Assembly: GCA_963760795.1 (NCBI GenBank)
Contig: CAVXEP010000001.1
Span: 64,001-128,000, forward strand
Length of the DNA stretch: 64,000 nucleotides
Reading direction: 5' to 3'
Source of the DNA: an uncultured delta proteobacterium
GTDB taxonomy: Bacteria; Desulfobacterota; Binatia; UBA9968
Positions 51,195-64,000 of the stretch are shown here, one piece after another; the first letter of the stretch is position 1; every line of letters begins with the position of its first letter. Under the pieces are notes generated by a model. The model did not search any database. It had not been told where the DNA came from and saw only the letters and a list, made by a program, of their open reading frames with translations. A program made the position numbers and the translations under genes.

Positions 51195-51785
51195 CTATTT
51201 CGTAAACGTCAGCCGCTTGTAAACCTGCCGCACCGATTCGACATCCCGTTTGCAGTATTCGATGATCTCGGGGAGTTTGCCGGCGCGGTAGTAGGGGTAG
51301 ACTTTGGAGCCGTCGAGATTTTCCTTCGGTGACGGGATGCCGAGGACTTTCGATAGCGAATCGAGGCTGGCGTGTTCGCGGCCCCATTTGCTCCACTCTT
51401 GCATGGTGTCGTAGATCGGCGCGTTGCGGAAGCGGGTGAAGGGGATATCGCGGCTGGGTTTGATCTGGTGGATCACCGAGCGCTGGTAGATGAAGCGCAT
51501 GTCGAAGTCCAAGATGTTATGGCCGACGAAGAGATTGCAGTCGGGGACGATCTTCCAGAAGCCTTTGATGATGTCGGTCTCTTCGCCCTGCAAGACTTCG
51601 ATAGTCCCGCTGACCGACGGCTCAAAGGCGTAGCACAGGCAAATAATTTTTGCCGTGGCGGCGGACAGGCTTAGTTTTTTGATGATCTCCGCTTCGTCAA
51701 GTTTGATTTGCTCATCGAGCAAGCCGTTTTCCTGCAAGGCTTTGTCCGTCGGTACGGTTTCGATGTCGAAGTAAAATATTTTCAT
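51195..51785 (-). CDS. DEDDy 3'-5' exonuclease (PolB-exonuclease-like)
   Basis: FDIET, GHNILDFD, YCKRD. Confidence 0.88.
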   Translation of the reverse strand: MKIFYFDIETVPTDKALQENGLLDEQIKLDEAEIIKKLSLSAATAKIICLCYAFEPSVSGTIEVLQGEETDIIKGFWKIVPDCNLFVGHNILDFDMRFIYQRSVIHQIKPSRDIPFTRFRNAPIYDTMQEWSKWGREHASLDSLSKVLGIPSPKENLDGSKVYPYYRAGKLPEIIEYCKRDVESVRQVYKRLTFTK

Positions 51786-51817
51786 ATTTGCTCTATCCTG
51801 TGATTCGCCGCCGATAC

Positions 51818-54800
51818 TTAGAACAGCGTCAATTCTTCATTGGCTTGCGTGCCGACATCAATCGATTCGCCCAGGCGCAGAAAGATTAATTTAAACGCCG
51901 CCACTTGGCGCCCGAGGCCTTTTCGTGCCGCCTCGATATAAATCTCCGCCTGCTGGCGATAGCGCTCGGCGCCGATGCGTAATTCATTTCGTTTAATTCT
52001 ATCTGTCTTATAGTCGGCCAGGTAAAGCAAGCCGTTTTTCTCGTAGATGAGATCGATGACACCTTCCATGATCTGATCCGTTCCATGGCATGAGTGAGCG
52101 GCACTTCGCGGCCGAGGATCTTGGCGCCGGCGAGTTCGCCGTAGACTTTTGAGCGGAAATAATTATCCAAAATTTCGTGCAGCTCGGTTTCGATCTCAGC
52201 GCGGTGTGAAACGAATTCCGCCGGCAGAGCGCCGTCGATGAAAGCTGCGCAATTGCTCATCGAGATTCGCTGTCTCACCGCCGAACTGCCAGGTCTGCAA
52301 AAATCGGTGCGTCAGATCGCCGACCACCAGCGCCGGGGTCTTTCGCGGTGGTTGGATGGTCAGTCTATCGCCGGCTTCGGTGCTCGCTTCTTCCTGGCGC
52401 TTGAGCAGGGTCGGCGTGAGAAATGGCGTGGTCTGTTGCGCCTTTTCATAGATCGCCGTCCGGCGCGCCCAATCGTCGACATAGGGTTTCCAGTTGGGCT
52501 TTTTTTTGGAGCGTTTGGCTTTGGCCGGCGCGTGGCTGGGGGCGCTGAGACTCTGATTGACGACTTCGATCTCGACCATACCTTTGCCGAGGGCGACCCG
52601 GGTTGAGGATTCGGCGCCGGCGATGCTGTCGCCCAGCGTTGTGTCGAGCATGGCCTGAAAGCTGCCGCTGGAACGCCGGCCGCTCGGTGCGCAGGAGATG
52701 ACTAGATGTTCTCGCGCTCTCGTCATGGCGACGTAGAGCAGCCGTTTTTGTTCTTCGGCATTTCTCAAGCGGTTTTTCTCGGCGATGTAGAGGCCGGCGA
52801 GATCGGCGATCTGGCCGATGCGCGTGCCGGTGAGTCCGGTGGACCAATCGAAGGTCGACTCGGCTTCGGCGCTATGGCGTCCTTCGGTGCCGGTCTGGCA
52901 GCCGGCCAGGATGACGATGGGGAACTCCAAGCCTTTGGCCTTATGGATGCTCATGATGCGCACGGCGTCGAGGTTTTCTTCGGCGAGCACGCTTTCGCCT
53001 TCGTCCTTGACGTCGAGGACGCGCTGTTCGAGCTGGCGGATCGCTTGTTTGAGCGTGGTCAATCCCTCGCGGCCGAGCTGTTCGGCTTGCTGGCGCAGCT
53101 TGGCTAAGTTGGCCACCGCCTGCTCGCCGTGGAAATGGCAGGCGGCGAGCAGCTCCACCGGCAGAGTGGAAAATACCCGATCGACGGCGGCGCCGATGGG
53201 CAGGGTTCTGGTTTCCTCGTTGAGCCTGGCCAGCGCCTGATAGAGTTGAGCGAGCGTTGCTGGAAACTCTTCGACGTCGAGTTTGGCGGCGTCGCGATAG
53301 TCGAGCCGGTTTTGCCGGTGCAGCTGGTAAATCTGCAAGTCGGTGAGCCCGCCCAAGGGCGAACGCAGCACGCCGACTAGGGCCAAGCGGTCGTAGGGGT
53401 TCTCCACCGCGCGCAGCAGATTGACCGCGTCGATGATTTCTTTGGCGGCGTAGAAATGGCGCTCGCCTTCGACCACGTAGCGAATGCCCTGGCGGCGTAA
53501 CGGTTCCAAATAGTCGTGGATGTCGGTCAGCTTGCGCATCAGAGATGGCGACGTCTTTCGGCTGGGCGTAGACGGTCTCGCCGCGCGGGTTGAGAATCTG
53601 CGCTTTACCCAACACAGACTCTTTCAACCAGCGCGCCAAGCTCTCGCCTTCGATGCGCCGGGCGGTTTCGGCATCGGTCTGATCGTCAGGCGGCGATGAT
53701 TTTTCTGACCGAGAGTTTCGCCAGCGGGCCTGAGAGGCTCGCGCGGCCGGGCGCGGGCTGGATAGCGATATAGGGCGGCTGTAACGCCTCTCGGGTTTGG
53801 ATCAATTGTTCAAAGGCGCCGTTGACGACGTCGAGGATGGCGCCGTCGCTGCGGAAGTTAGTCGTTAGCCGGCACTCGATGCCGTCTTGTGCCAAGATGA
53901 TTTTTTCTACCACTTCCAAATAGGCCTCGATGTCGGCGCGGCGGAAAGCATAGATCGATTGTTTCGGGTCGCCGACCACGAATAGTTTGCCGGGTTCCAA
54001 TCTAACTTTGCGCCACTCCGACACGCTCTGATTGGCCTGTTCGGCCAAATAGAGAAGAATCTCGTACTGGATCGGGTCGGTGTCCTGAAACTCGTCGATC
54101 AAGATCGTCCGGTAGCGGCGTTTGAGTTCGGCGCGCACCCGCTTGTGGTCGCGCATCAGGTTGCGGGCGCGAACTAACAAGCCGTCGAATGAGATATGGC
54201 CGTCGCGCAGGAAGCGCTCGCGAAAGGCGCTGGCGTAGGGAACGAGCAATCGCCAGAGCAATGCGGTGAACTCGCCGTCGACGCCGGCCAGGCCTTTGGC
54301 GGCGCGGACTAGCTTTTGCGCCGCAGCGATATCTTCCGCAGACCAGCCATTGAGGTCGCGGCTGACCGATTTTTCCGCCAGGAGCGCGTAGCACTCGGCC
54401 AAGTCCGCCGAGCGCCGGCCGGATTTTTCAAACTCGTAGATCACCGCGTGGGCGGCGCGCACGAGTTTTTCATTCATCCGGTCTTCCCGATAGCGCGCGT
54501 CCAAGGCCGCGGCTTGCGCGGCTAATTTGCCGAGCCAAGCGCGCAGCGGCGCGGCGATTTCGTTGGTATTCGTTGGATCTTGGTCGAGGTTCACGGTTTC
54601 CGCTGCCAGCGATATAGCGAGAGCTTTGATTTGATCGAGCTGGCAGCGCGCGAGCACTTTGCGCCATTCGTCGGCGTGGGGGCTGCCTAAGGCCAGTTCT
54701 TGATCGAGCCAGGCGTCCCATTGCTCGTCGAATAGCCGATCGAATTGCGTGCCGTCGTCTTCGCGAAATTGCGGATCAACACCGGCTTCGATGGGATAGA

Positions 54801-55245
54801 GGCGCAGCAAATTGGCGGCGAAGCTATGGATCGTGCCGATGTCGCTGCGTTCTAAATTTCGCAGTGCCTCACGGATGCGCGAGTCCATTTCATCCTTGGA
54901 AAGTTGGTAGAGCGCGATGATGTCTTCGACAGCGTGGAAAGTTTTCTTGTCTACCTCGCCGGCGGGTTGGCGGTCGAGCTCGACGGCTAAGTAGGCCTGC
55001 AAGAGTTCGCGCAACCGCAACTTCATTTCATCGGCGGCTTTGTTGGTAAAGGTCAAGGCGACGATCTCGGTGACCTTGAGCGGTTGGGGATTGCGCAAGA
55101 TCAAGTGCGCCAGCCGGTCCACCAGCAAGGTTGTTTTGCCGGTGCCGGCGCCGGCCGTGACCACCAGATTTCGGTCGAAGGTGCCCACCGCTACTTGGCG
55201 ATCGCGGGCGTCGGGCAGTGCGATGTTTTCCGTCGCTGGGCTCAT
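51818..55245 (-). CDS. AddA-like UvrD helicase/nuclease (several frameshifts)
   Basis: AGAGTGKT, TIHSF, DEFQDT, VGDPKQSIYAFR, IHKAKGLEF, LYVAMTRAR, GVIDL...DYKTD. Confidence 0.88.
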
Positions 55246-58200
55246 AGTTTCTTCGGATCTTTGGCGCGCAAAGCGTAATGCGCGTCGGTCAGTGGATCGT
55301 TCTCGGCGCGCCACAAGCTCGGTGGATGATTCTTGCGGCAGATAGTGGCGAAATCGCAGCGGCCGCAGTACTCGCCGCGGTGGATGAAGTACCGACCCTG
55401 GCGCACGCCATTCGCTAGATACTCGATGGTCTCTTTGGTGGCGGCGCCGAGGTTGCCGCTCAAACCGTCGCGATCGTAGGGCGCTGTAACCAGCGGGCCG
55501 TCGGGCCAGCGCTGAGCGATGTAATAAAAATCCGCTTCGATGGCCGGGGCGGGCTTGCCGTCCTGGCGTTCGGACCACGCCTGGGCTAACAAATAATAGA
55601 AAGGCGGCTGCAAGCGCTCGCCGCGCAGGGCGGCGCGCACAAGGTTTTTGTCTTGAGTCGCCGGTGCGGCGCCAAACTTGAATTTGTAGTCGATGACCCG
55701 CAGCGCGTTGCCGTCGCGCTCGTTGCCCAAGTTACGATCAATGCGGTCCATGCGGCCACGAATAGTCAGGCCCTTCAAACTATCGGGCCAGTCATCCGGC
55801 AAGCTTCGCGCCATGTCGGTTTCCAGACTCACCGGGGCGAAACCCGAGCTCGAAAGTTCATTGAGATCCTCGTCGGTCACCTGGCGCAGCAATTGAATTA
55901 AACCCTCTTTCAACGTTTCCCAGGCCAACGGATAGCCCACCGGATTGTTCGCCTCGTAGTCGGCGAAAGCCTGGTTCGCGATCGCCGACAGCGTGTTTTC
56001 TATATTCATTGCTGGCGTGTTGCCGGTAAAATAGCCGCCCTCCATCAACGCGGCATAAAAGCTGTTGAGAATTTCATGGCCCAACTCACCGAACTCGGCG
56101 GCATTGGGACCGAGGATTTCTTCGGGTCGTTCGAGCGGCTGTAAGCCAAGCACATGACGGGCAAAAAATTGGAACGGGCAACGCGCGTAGGTTTCCAACG
56201 CCGTCGGTGATAAGCCGCGCTCGGCGAAACGTTTCCAGTGAGCGGCGAGTTCGCCGACCAACCCATCGTAGGCCAACAAGCGATCGCCGGAGCGATCGAG
56301 TCTCGCTGACGATCTTGCGTCCCTCCCGGTAGAGCGCCGGCAGATTGCCGGTGGCTTCGATCAACGAGGTTGGATCTTGGTTCTGCAAGGTTAGCCGCAC
56401 AGCGAGCTCGCCCGGCAACAGCAAGTCTTGGCGGTCGAAGGGCGCCGTAGTGGCTTTTTCGATCAGGCTGCGCGGGATGGTGACGATTTCACACTCAACT
56501 CCTTGGCTGACTTGGGCTTGCTTCAGTTCTTCGACATACCACGACGGCGCCAGCGCCCGGCCATTGTCGTCGGCGCGTTGGTACGAGCAGTAGAACCGCT
56601 CGCGGCCGGCGCCGACGAGGAGGGTGAACAGCAGTTTCTCTTCGTCGTAGCCGGTGAGTTTCCGGTTGACCTTGTAGCCCAGGTCGGTTTCCAAGACTTC
56701 GCGGTCGCGGTCGCGCAGAAAGGCGTCCTCGCGGATGGTGCGCGGGAACACGCCTTCGTTCATGCCGAGAACGAACAAAGCCCGGAAGCAAAGGCCGCGG
56801 GCAGCGGTGGCGCCGAGCACCATGACGCCGTCGCGGTTGCGCCGGTCTTCGGTCACCGTGGTGCGTTCGAGCCAGTGCTCGAAGGTATGGCTGAAATCGT
56901 CGAGGCTGACGTTGTCATGGATTTTATCGAGACCGCCGAGCTGGTCCAGGACTTCCAGAATTGCATTATTCACCGACGCTTCGCCTGTTCCAGCCTCGTC
57001 TATGGACGAGATGCCCAGATATTTTTCCAGCAAAGCCTTCCATCTCGTGCTGAAGTCCTGCCAAGTCGCTTGGTTGGGCAGTGCGGCGAGATCGGCAATC
57101 AGCGCATCGACGACATCGGCGAGGGAGAGCAACTGCGCCGCGGCAATGCGGATCACCCGCGCTTCGTCGTCGTCGGAAATTTGCCGCAGTAACAAATCGC
57201 GCTGGGTGAAACGGCGCAGCCGGCGCCATTCGCTAACGCCTTGACAAATCGCCAGCTCGCGGGTCGCCAAGTCCCAGAGATCCGGGCGCGCGTGAGCGGG
57301 GTCAGCGGCGAGTTTGTAAAGCTGAAAATAGGGCGACGACAGCAAGTCGATCACTTGGCTGCGCAAGAAGTCTTTGGCCGGCAGACTTGAGCAGCAGGAT
57401 GACCGCCTTGGTCAGCGGAAACAGCACCAGCGGTTCTTCAAGGCGGCCGGCAAGTGGGATGCGATGTTGGGCAAAGCCGTCGCGAATGACCCTGCCGTAG
57501 GACGTCCAAACCGCGCACCACCACGCCGATCTCATGAAATGCCAACTGACCAACCTCGACCAGCCGCAGGATTTCTTTTGCCGTCGTTGCGACTTCGTCC
57601 TGGATGCCGAAGGTATTGACGATTGTGCAGTGCCACTTTTTGTTGGCTTTCGCATAGCTTCTGCTCTTGTCGCCGTCAAACAGGCGGGCGCCGGTGGGCA
57701 GAGTGCTGTTCGATTCCGCATCACCCACTGAATCACTTGTGTGTCCTTGGACGTAGCGCTCGTAAAAGCGTGCGGCGAACGTCCAGGCGTCATGGCTCGG
57801 TTTGGCGGGGAGCAGCGGAAAGAACAACTTGGTCGGATAGTTGCCTGCCACCGCCAGAAAAAAATCCAGTTGAATCTGCGTCAAATCGTAAAAGCCGTAG
57901 TAAAAAATCTCGGTGAACTGTTGGAGAAACGGCGACGCCGGCGCCTGTTCGGTGGCGCGGCGATCGAGATCGGAAAGATCTCGAATCCCCTGATCGTCAC
58001 AGAAATGGCGCAAGGTTTGCAGACAACGCCAGCAGCTGCGCCGTGCGCTCGCTGGCGGGCTGGCTGAAATGTCCCTCGCTGAGCGCCACCAGCGCCAGCG
58101 CCGGATCGACCAGACCGTCGCGCAGATCGCGCAGGGTCTGCCAAAGTGCGGCACAGCCGCCGGCGCGATCTTCGATGCCGGCAAAGGGCTCGGCGCCGGG

Positions 58201-58504
58201 TTGGCCGGTGCGGATGATCTGACGCAACGCTTCTTCGTGGAAGAGATCGCTATGCAATTCCGTCGGCACGCTGCCGGATTCGACATTCAGCCGTAACGAC
58301 AACTGGTGAAACGTCAGCAACTGCACGTTGAGCAGCGCCAAGCCCCGCTCGCGGCTCAAGAGTATTTTCAGTCGACGGCGGAGGAAATCGGACGGCACCA
58401 GGATTAACAGCGGGCAGAGCAGGTCGGTAGTCTTTATGTCTGGCAATCGCTTCGACGAGAGCATTTTCAAGATCGGGATGAAATGGACCGAGGACGGTTT
58501 GCAT
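55242..58504 (-). CDS. AddB-like inactive helicase with PD-(D/E)xK nuclease (several frameshifts)
   Basis: LVPS, YGFYDLT, GMNEGVFP, CPFQFF, GRMDRID, IDYK, C..C.....C Fe-S staple. Confidence 0.85.
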
Positions 58505-58660
58505 GGATTTGTTTCGACTGTCGAAACGTTCGCGGGTCAAAATCAATATGAAATAGCCGTTGGCGATTGGCAAGGGAGGGATTGTGTTCACAACTCGGAA
58601 TCGGAGATTGGCGGCAAAGAACCCAGCACGGCACAGCCGCAACCCAATGGGAAAGAGTTT

Positions 58661-58735
58661 TTACCACAAGGTCACGAAGGACACGAAGGCTTCGGAAAAT
58701 TATTTCTCCGAATATCGTGCTCTTGGTGTCCTTTG
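58661..58735. repeat. Degenerate CACGAAG-family palindrome
   Basis: ACCACAAGGTCACGAAGGACACGAAG...TTCGGA..TCCGAA, similar to 4552-4635. Confidence 0.65.
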
Positions 58736-58802
58736 GACAGGATTTCTCATTCAGGCCGCTGCTGATTGCAAACGCGCAGGCAAAGCATTAAACCCGATCG
58801 AT

Positions 58803-60489
58803 ATGCGCTTCTTACTCCGGTCGAGGATTTTTTTCTGTTTCCTCTCTATCTGTTAGCTTCGTTGCCGCGGAGGTCTCGGCGCGGACGCAGCAAGCCAGCT
58901 CCGGACTTGTGGTGGCCGACAGCGAGCAGGCGAGCCAGGCCGGTATGGAGATTCTCAAGCGCGGCGGCAATGCGATCGACGCGGCGATCGCCACGGCGCT
59001 GGCATTATCCGTCGTCGATCAGGCATCGTCGGGGTTGGGCGGCGGCGGCTTCATGGTGATCTACCGCGCCAAAGACAAAAAATCATTCGCTCTCGATTTC
59101 CGTGAGACCGCGCCGGCAGCGTCGCGTCGCGAGTTGTATATGAAAGACGGCAAGCCGGTGGCGGCGGCGAGTCTGACGGGGCCGCTGGCGGTGGGCGTAC
59201 CCGGCGAGGCGGCGGGATTGATCGAGGCGCATAAGAAGTTCGGCACGCTGCCGCTGGCGGTGTTGGCGGCGCCGGCAATCAAATTAGCCAGCGAAGGATT
59301 TCCCCTCGATGCGACGTTGCGGATCGCCATCGAGCGCGGCGTAAACAACCTGAAGCGCTTCGCCGATCTCGCGCGCATCTACATGCCCAACGGGGAAGTG
59401 CCCAAGGAAGGCGAGCAGATCCGCCAACCGCAACTGGCGGCGACGATCAAGGCGCTGGCCCAGCAGGGCGGCGAAGTTTTTTACCGCGGCTGGATCGCCG
59501 AGGCGATCGTCGACATGGTCAAAAAAGAGGGCGGTGTCATGACCCTCGACGATCTAAAAAACTACCAAGCGGTGTGGCGCGAGCCGCTGGTCGGCAGCTA
59601 CCGGGGTCGCACGGTAATTACTATGCCGCCGCCGAGTTCGGGCGGCGTCGCGCTGTTGCAGATGCTCAATGTCGTGGAAGGCTATAAATTCGACGAGTTC
59701 AAACATAATGCGGCGCCCTATCTGCACTTGCTCGGCGAATCTATGAAGCATGCGTTTGCCGATCGGGCTGAATATTTGGGCGATCCCGACTTCGTCCATG
59801 TGCCGATCCGCAAACTGACGGACAAAAGCTACGCGACCTGGGTGCGCGGCCGGATTACGCCGGATAAAACCCATGCGCCGACCTACTATGGTTACTACAA
59901 CTACAACGGCGAGAAAGGCAGCACGACGCATTTCAGCGTCATCGACCGGGACGGCAACGCGGTGGCCTGCACACAGACCGTCAACACGCGCTTCGGCTCG
60001 AAACTGCTCGTGCCCAAGGCGGGTATCGTGCTCAACAATGAGATCGACGATTTCGCCATTCATGGCGAGACCGGCAATGTCTACGGCTTGATCGGTAACC
60101 AGGCCAACTCGCTCCAGCCCAACAAGCGGCCGCTCAGCAGTATGTCGCCGACGATTGTCCTGAACAACGGGCGGCCCGAGATCGTCGTCGGCGCCTCGGG
60201 TGGGCCGCGCATTATCAACGCGACCTTGCAGACCATCCTCAATATTCTCGAATTCAAGATGCCGGTGGCCGCCGCTGTCGAGTCGGCGCGCATCCACCAC
60301 CAATGGATGCCGGATCGGATGGGGGTCGAAGCCGGCGTCGCGGCGGAGGCGAAAAAGGATTTAGAAAAACGCGGCCACGCGCTGCGCACGCAAAGCGCTC
60401 TCGGCGTCGTCCAGGCGATCACCTGGGATGGGGTGACGATGAAAGGGGCGGCGGATTCACGAAAAGTTGAGCGGGCGAGGACGGAGTAG
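58803..60489 (+). CDS. ggt: Gamma-glutamyltransferase (frameshift in the signal peptide)
   Basis: GGNAIDAA, DFRETAP, PPPSSGG, TTHFSV nucleophile Thr, RPLSSMSP. Confidence 0.93.
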
Positions 60490-60510
60490 CGCGCGGCTAT
60501 TGTCGCGCTG

Positions 60511-60648
60511 GTTCCATTGGTTCCAGCCGTTCAAAAAGTTCCAATCGTTATTTCGGATTCAAGATTCGGAGAGTCATCGCGGAGGCGCAGAGTTCGCCGA
60601 GGAATTCTGTCTAATATTTTCTCTGTGTCCTCAGCGTCTCTGCGGTGA
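60511..60648. repeat. 9-bp-period GTTC(C/A)A repeat followed by a palindromic element
   Basis: GTTCCA/GTTCAA at 60511, 60520, 60529 and 60538; TCATCGCGGAGGCGC...GCGTCTCTGCGGTGA at 60574-60648. Confidence 0.65.
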
Positions 60649-60677
60649 AAACTTCCGAAGTGTGTTGATGGGCGGTG

Positions 60678-60977
60678 CTATTTTTTGCGGCGTTTACGCC
60701 ACCAGCTCCAGATGGGCAGGGCGAGCTTCCAGAGTCGCAGCGCATCGCTGGCGGATCGGAGTACTTTGCCGGCGTAGCCGCTGACGAGAAAACTGGAGAG
60801 GCCGGCGGCGACGATGGGGTGGGTTTTGAGCGCGCGGCCGAGTCCCAAAACCGTCGAACTCATATCGAAGGGCGATTTCAGATTGGCGTAATTGCGGGCT
60901 ATCTCGGTGCGCTCGTGAGCGGCTTTGTCGATCAAGGCTTGCTTGCGCCGGACGACGTCTTCGAGGCGGTTGGCCAT
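60678..60977 (-). CDS. YqjK-like protein
   Basis: Third gene of the DUF883-YqjE-YqjK-like trio; basic Trp-rich C-terminus. Confidence 0.7.
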   Translation of the reverse strand: MANRLEDVVRRKQALIDKAAHERTEIARNYANLKSPFDMSSTVLGLGRALKTHPIVAAGLSSFLVSGYAGKVLRSASDALRLWKLALPIWSWWRKRRKK

Positions 60978-60981
60978 GGTT

Positions 60982-61380
60982 TTAAACTTTGAGGCGGTCG
61001 CGATCTTTGCCCAGTTCCGCCACCGTCGCAGAGAACAGTCCGGGGCGCGTGAAAAATACCTCGCGCAATTTGACCGCGGCGAATACCGCGACGCCCAAGT
61101 AGAGGAAAGCCAGAGAGCCGATGGCGCCGATCCAGCCGTTCTGCCAAAACAGCGCGACCAGAAAGATCGTCAGGAGAATGAACCCCATGCTGAGGCCGAA
61201 CACCAGCAACAGGGTGAAGATCAGGGTCTGCTTGAGCCGCTCGCGTTCTTCCTCGAGCTCGGTGACGAACAGTTCGACGCGGGTGTGAAAGGCCGACGCT
61301 AACGTCGCGCCGAGCGCTTTCAGCGAGTATATTATGCCGGGCGAGTTACCCTCGCCCGGACGGCTGCCACTGTCGAACAT
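60982..61380 (-). CDS. YqjE-like membrane protein
   Basis: HTRVELFVTELEEE, 2 TM segments, T..EL.KD. Confidence 0.85.
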   Translation of the reverse strand: MFDSGSRPGEGNSPGIIYSLKALGATLASAFHTRVELFVTELEEERERLKQTLIFTLLLVFGLSMGFILLTIFLVALFWQNGWIGAIGSLAFLYLGVAVFAAVKLREVFFTRPGLFSATVAELGKDRDRLKV

Positions 61381-61389
61381 GGGCGGGAG

Positions 61390-61710
61390 TTATTTGCCGC
61401 GGATCAAGAGCCCGAGCACGAGGCCAACTCCGGCGGCGATGCCGATGGCGCTCCAGGGATTCTCGCGGACATAGTCGTCGGCGATATCCGCGGCTTCTTT
61501 GGATTTCTCAACGATGGTTTTTTCGGCGTCGGCTAAGGCTTTCTTGCCCTCGATCAAGCTCTGCTCGATTTTCTGGCGCGCCACGCCGATCTTGTCGCCG
61601 GCCTGGCTGGCCGTGGCTTTTAGCAGTTCCTCGGCGTCGGCGACGAGATTCTTCAAATCGCTGGCCAATTTTTCTTTGCTGCTGGCTTCACCGTCCATAA
61701 AGTCCTCCAT
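61390..61710 (-). CDS. DUF883 ElaB/YqjD family membrane-anchored ribosome-binding protein
   Basis: DAEELLKATA, DDYVRENPWSAIGIAAGVGLVLGLL. Confidence 0.92.
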   Translation of the reverse strand: MEDFMDGEASSKEKLASDLKNLVADAEELLKATASQAGDKIGVARQKIEQSLIEGKKALADAEKTIVEKSKEAADIADDYVRENPWSAIGIAAGVGLVLGLLIRGK

Positions 61711-61857
61711 GTGCAGGTCTAATGGTGGACATAATAAACACGGGGCAGTGGGCTATTCAAGGTCAATCTTGGCAGTCCAGAGAATTATTTTCTCTGCGTG
61801 CGATGTGGAAAACGAGAATGGCGCGCGGTGTGGGCAGCGGCAAAGCCCGCCTTGTCT

Positions 61858-64000
<2,143 letters not shown>

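Noticed and set aside
60982-61380. Phage holin or prophage
   Set aside because: YqjE-like gene in the ordinary elaB/yqjD-yqjE-yqjK arrangement; no phage genes nearby.

Overview
GC-rich bacterial chromosomal segment. Its gene content (orphan SsuA/THI5-type binding proteins, VOC and cupin genes, many intergenic palindromes) suggests a Candidatus Binatia-like deltaproteobacterium; this is inference. Scattered single-base indels break even housekeeping genes, so the sequence is probably an unpolished long-read assembly. From left to right: VOC gene and two solute-binding proteins; a DsbA/FrnE-like selenoprotein (UPWC) missed by the ORF track; a protocatechuate operon (pcaDCHGB plus a two-subunit CoA-transferase); a ~17 kb potassium island (two KimA/KUP-like permeases, a USP, a cation:H+ antiporter with an RSPP-ending leader ORF, small peptide-kdpFABC behind a sigma54 promoter, split KdpD, and an NtrC-family activator in place of KdpE); MFS; argC; Fe-type ABC genes; a Rieske oxygenase; a VOC-cupin-SBP unit divergent from a Mo-hydroxylase; a His-less GAF kinase; a co-oriented run bicupin > EutA-like > secreted hydrolase > GrdE-like > GrdB-like selenoprotein; a DUF2283 pair; addB-addA-exonuclease; ggt; an elaB/yqjE/yqjK-like trio; purA; partial serA. 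The best candidate for an undescribed system is the orphan GrdE/GrdB-like selenoenzyme, which lacks the usual catalytic cysteines and has no GrdA/C/D in the window, together with the neighbouring EutA-bicupin pair that lacks EutBC. The sigma54-wired Kdp island and the candidate arrest peptide come next. No rRNA, tRNA, CRISPR array or transposase was seen.
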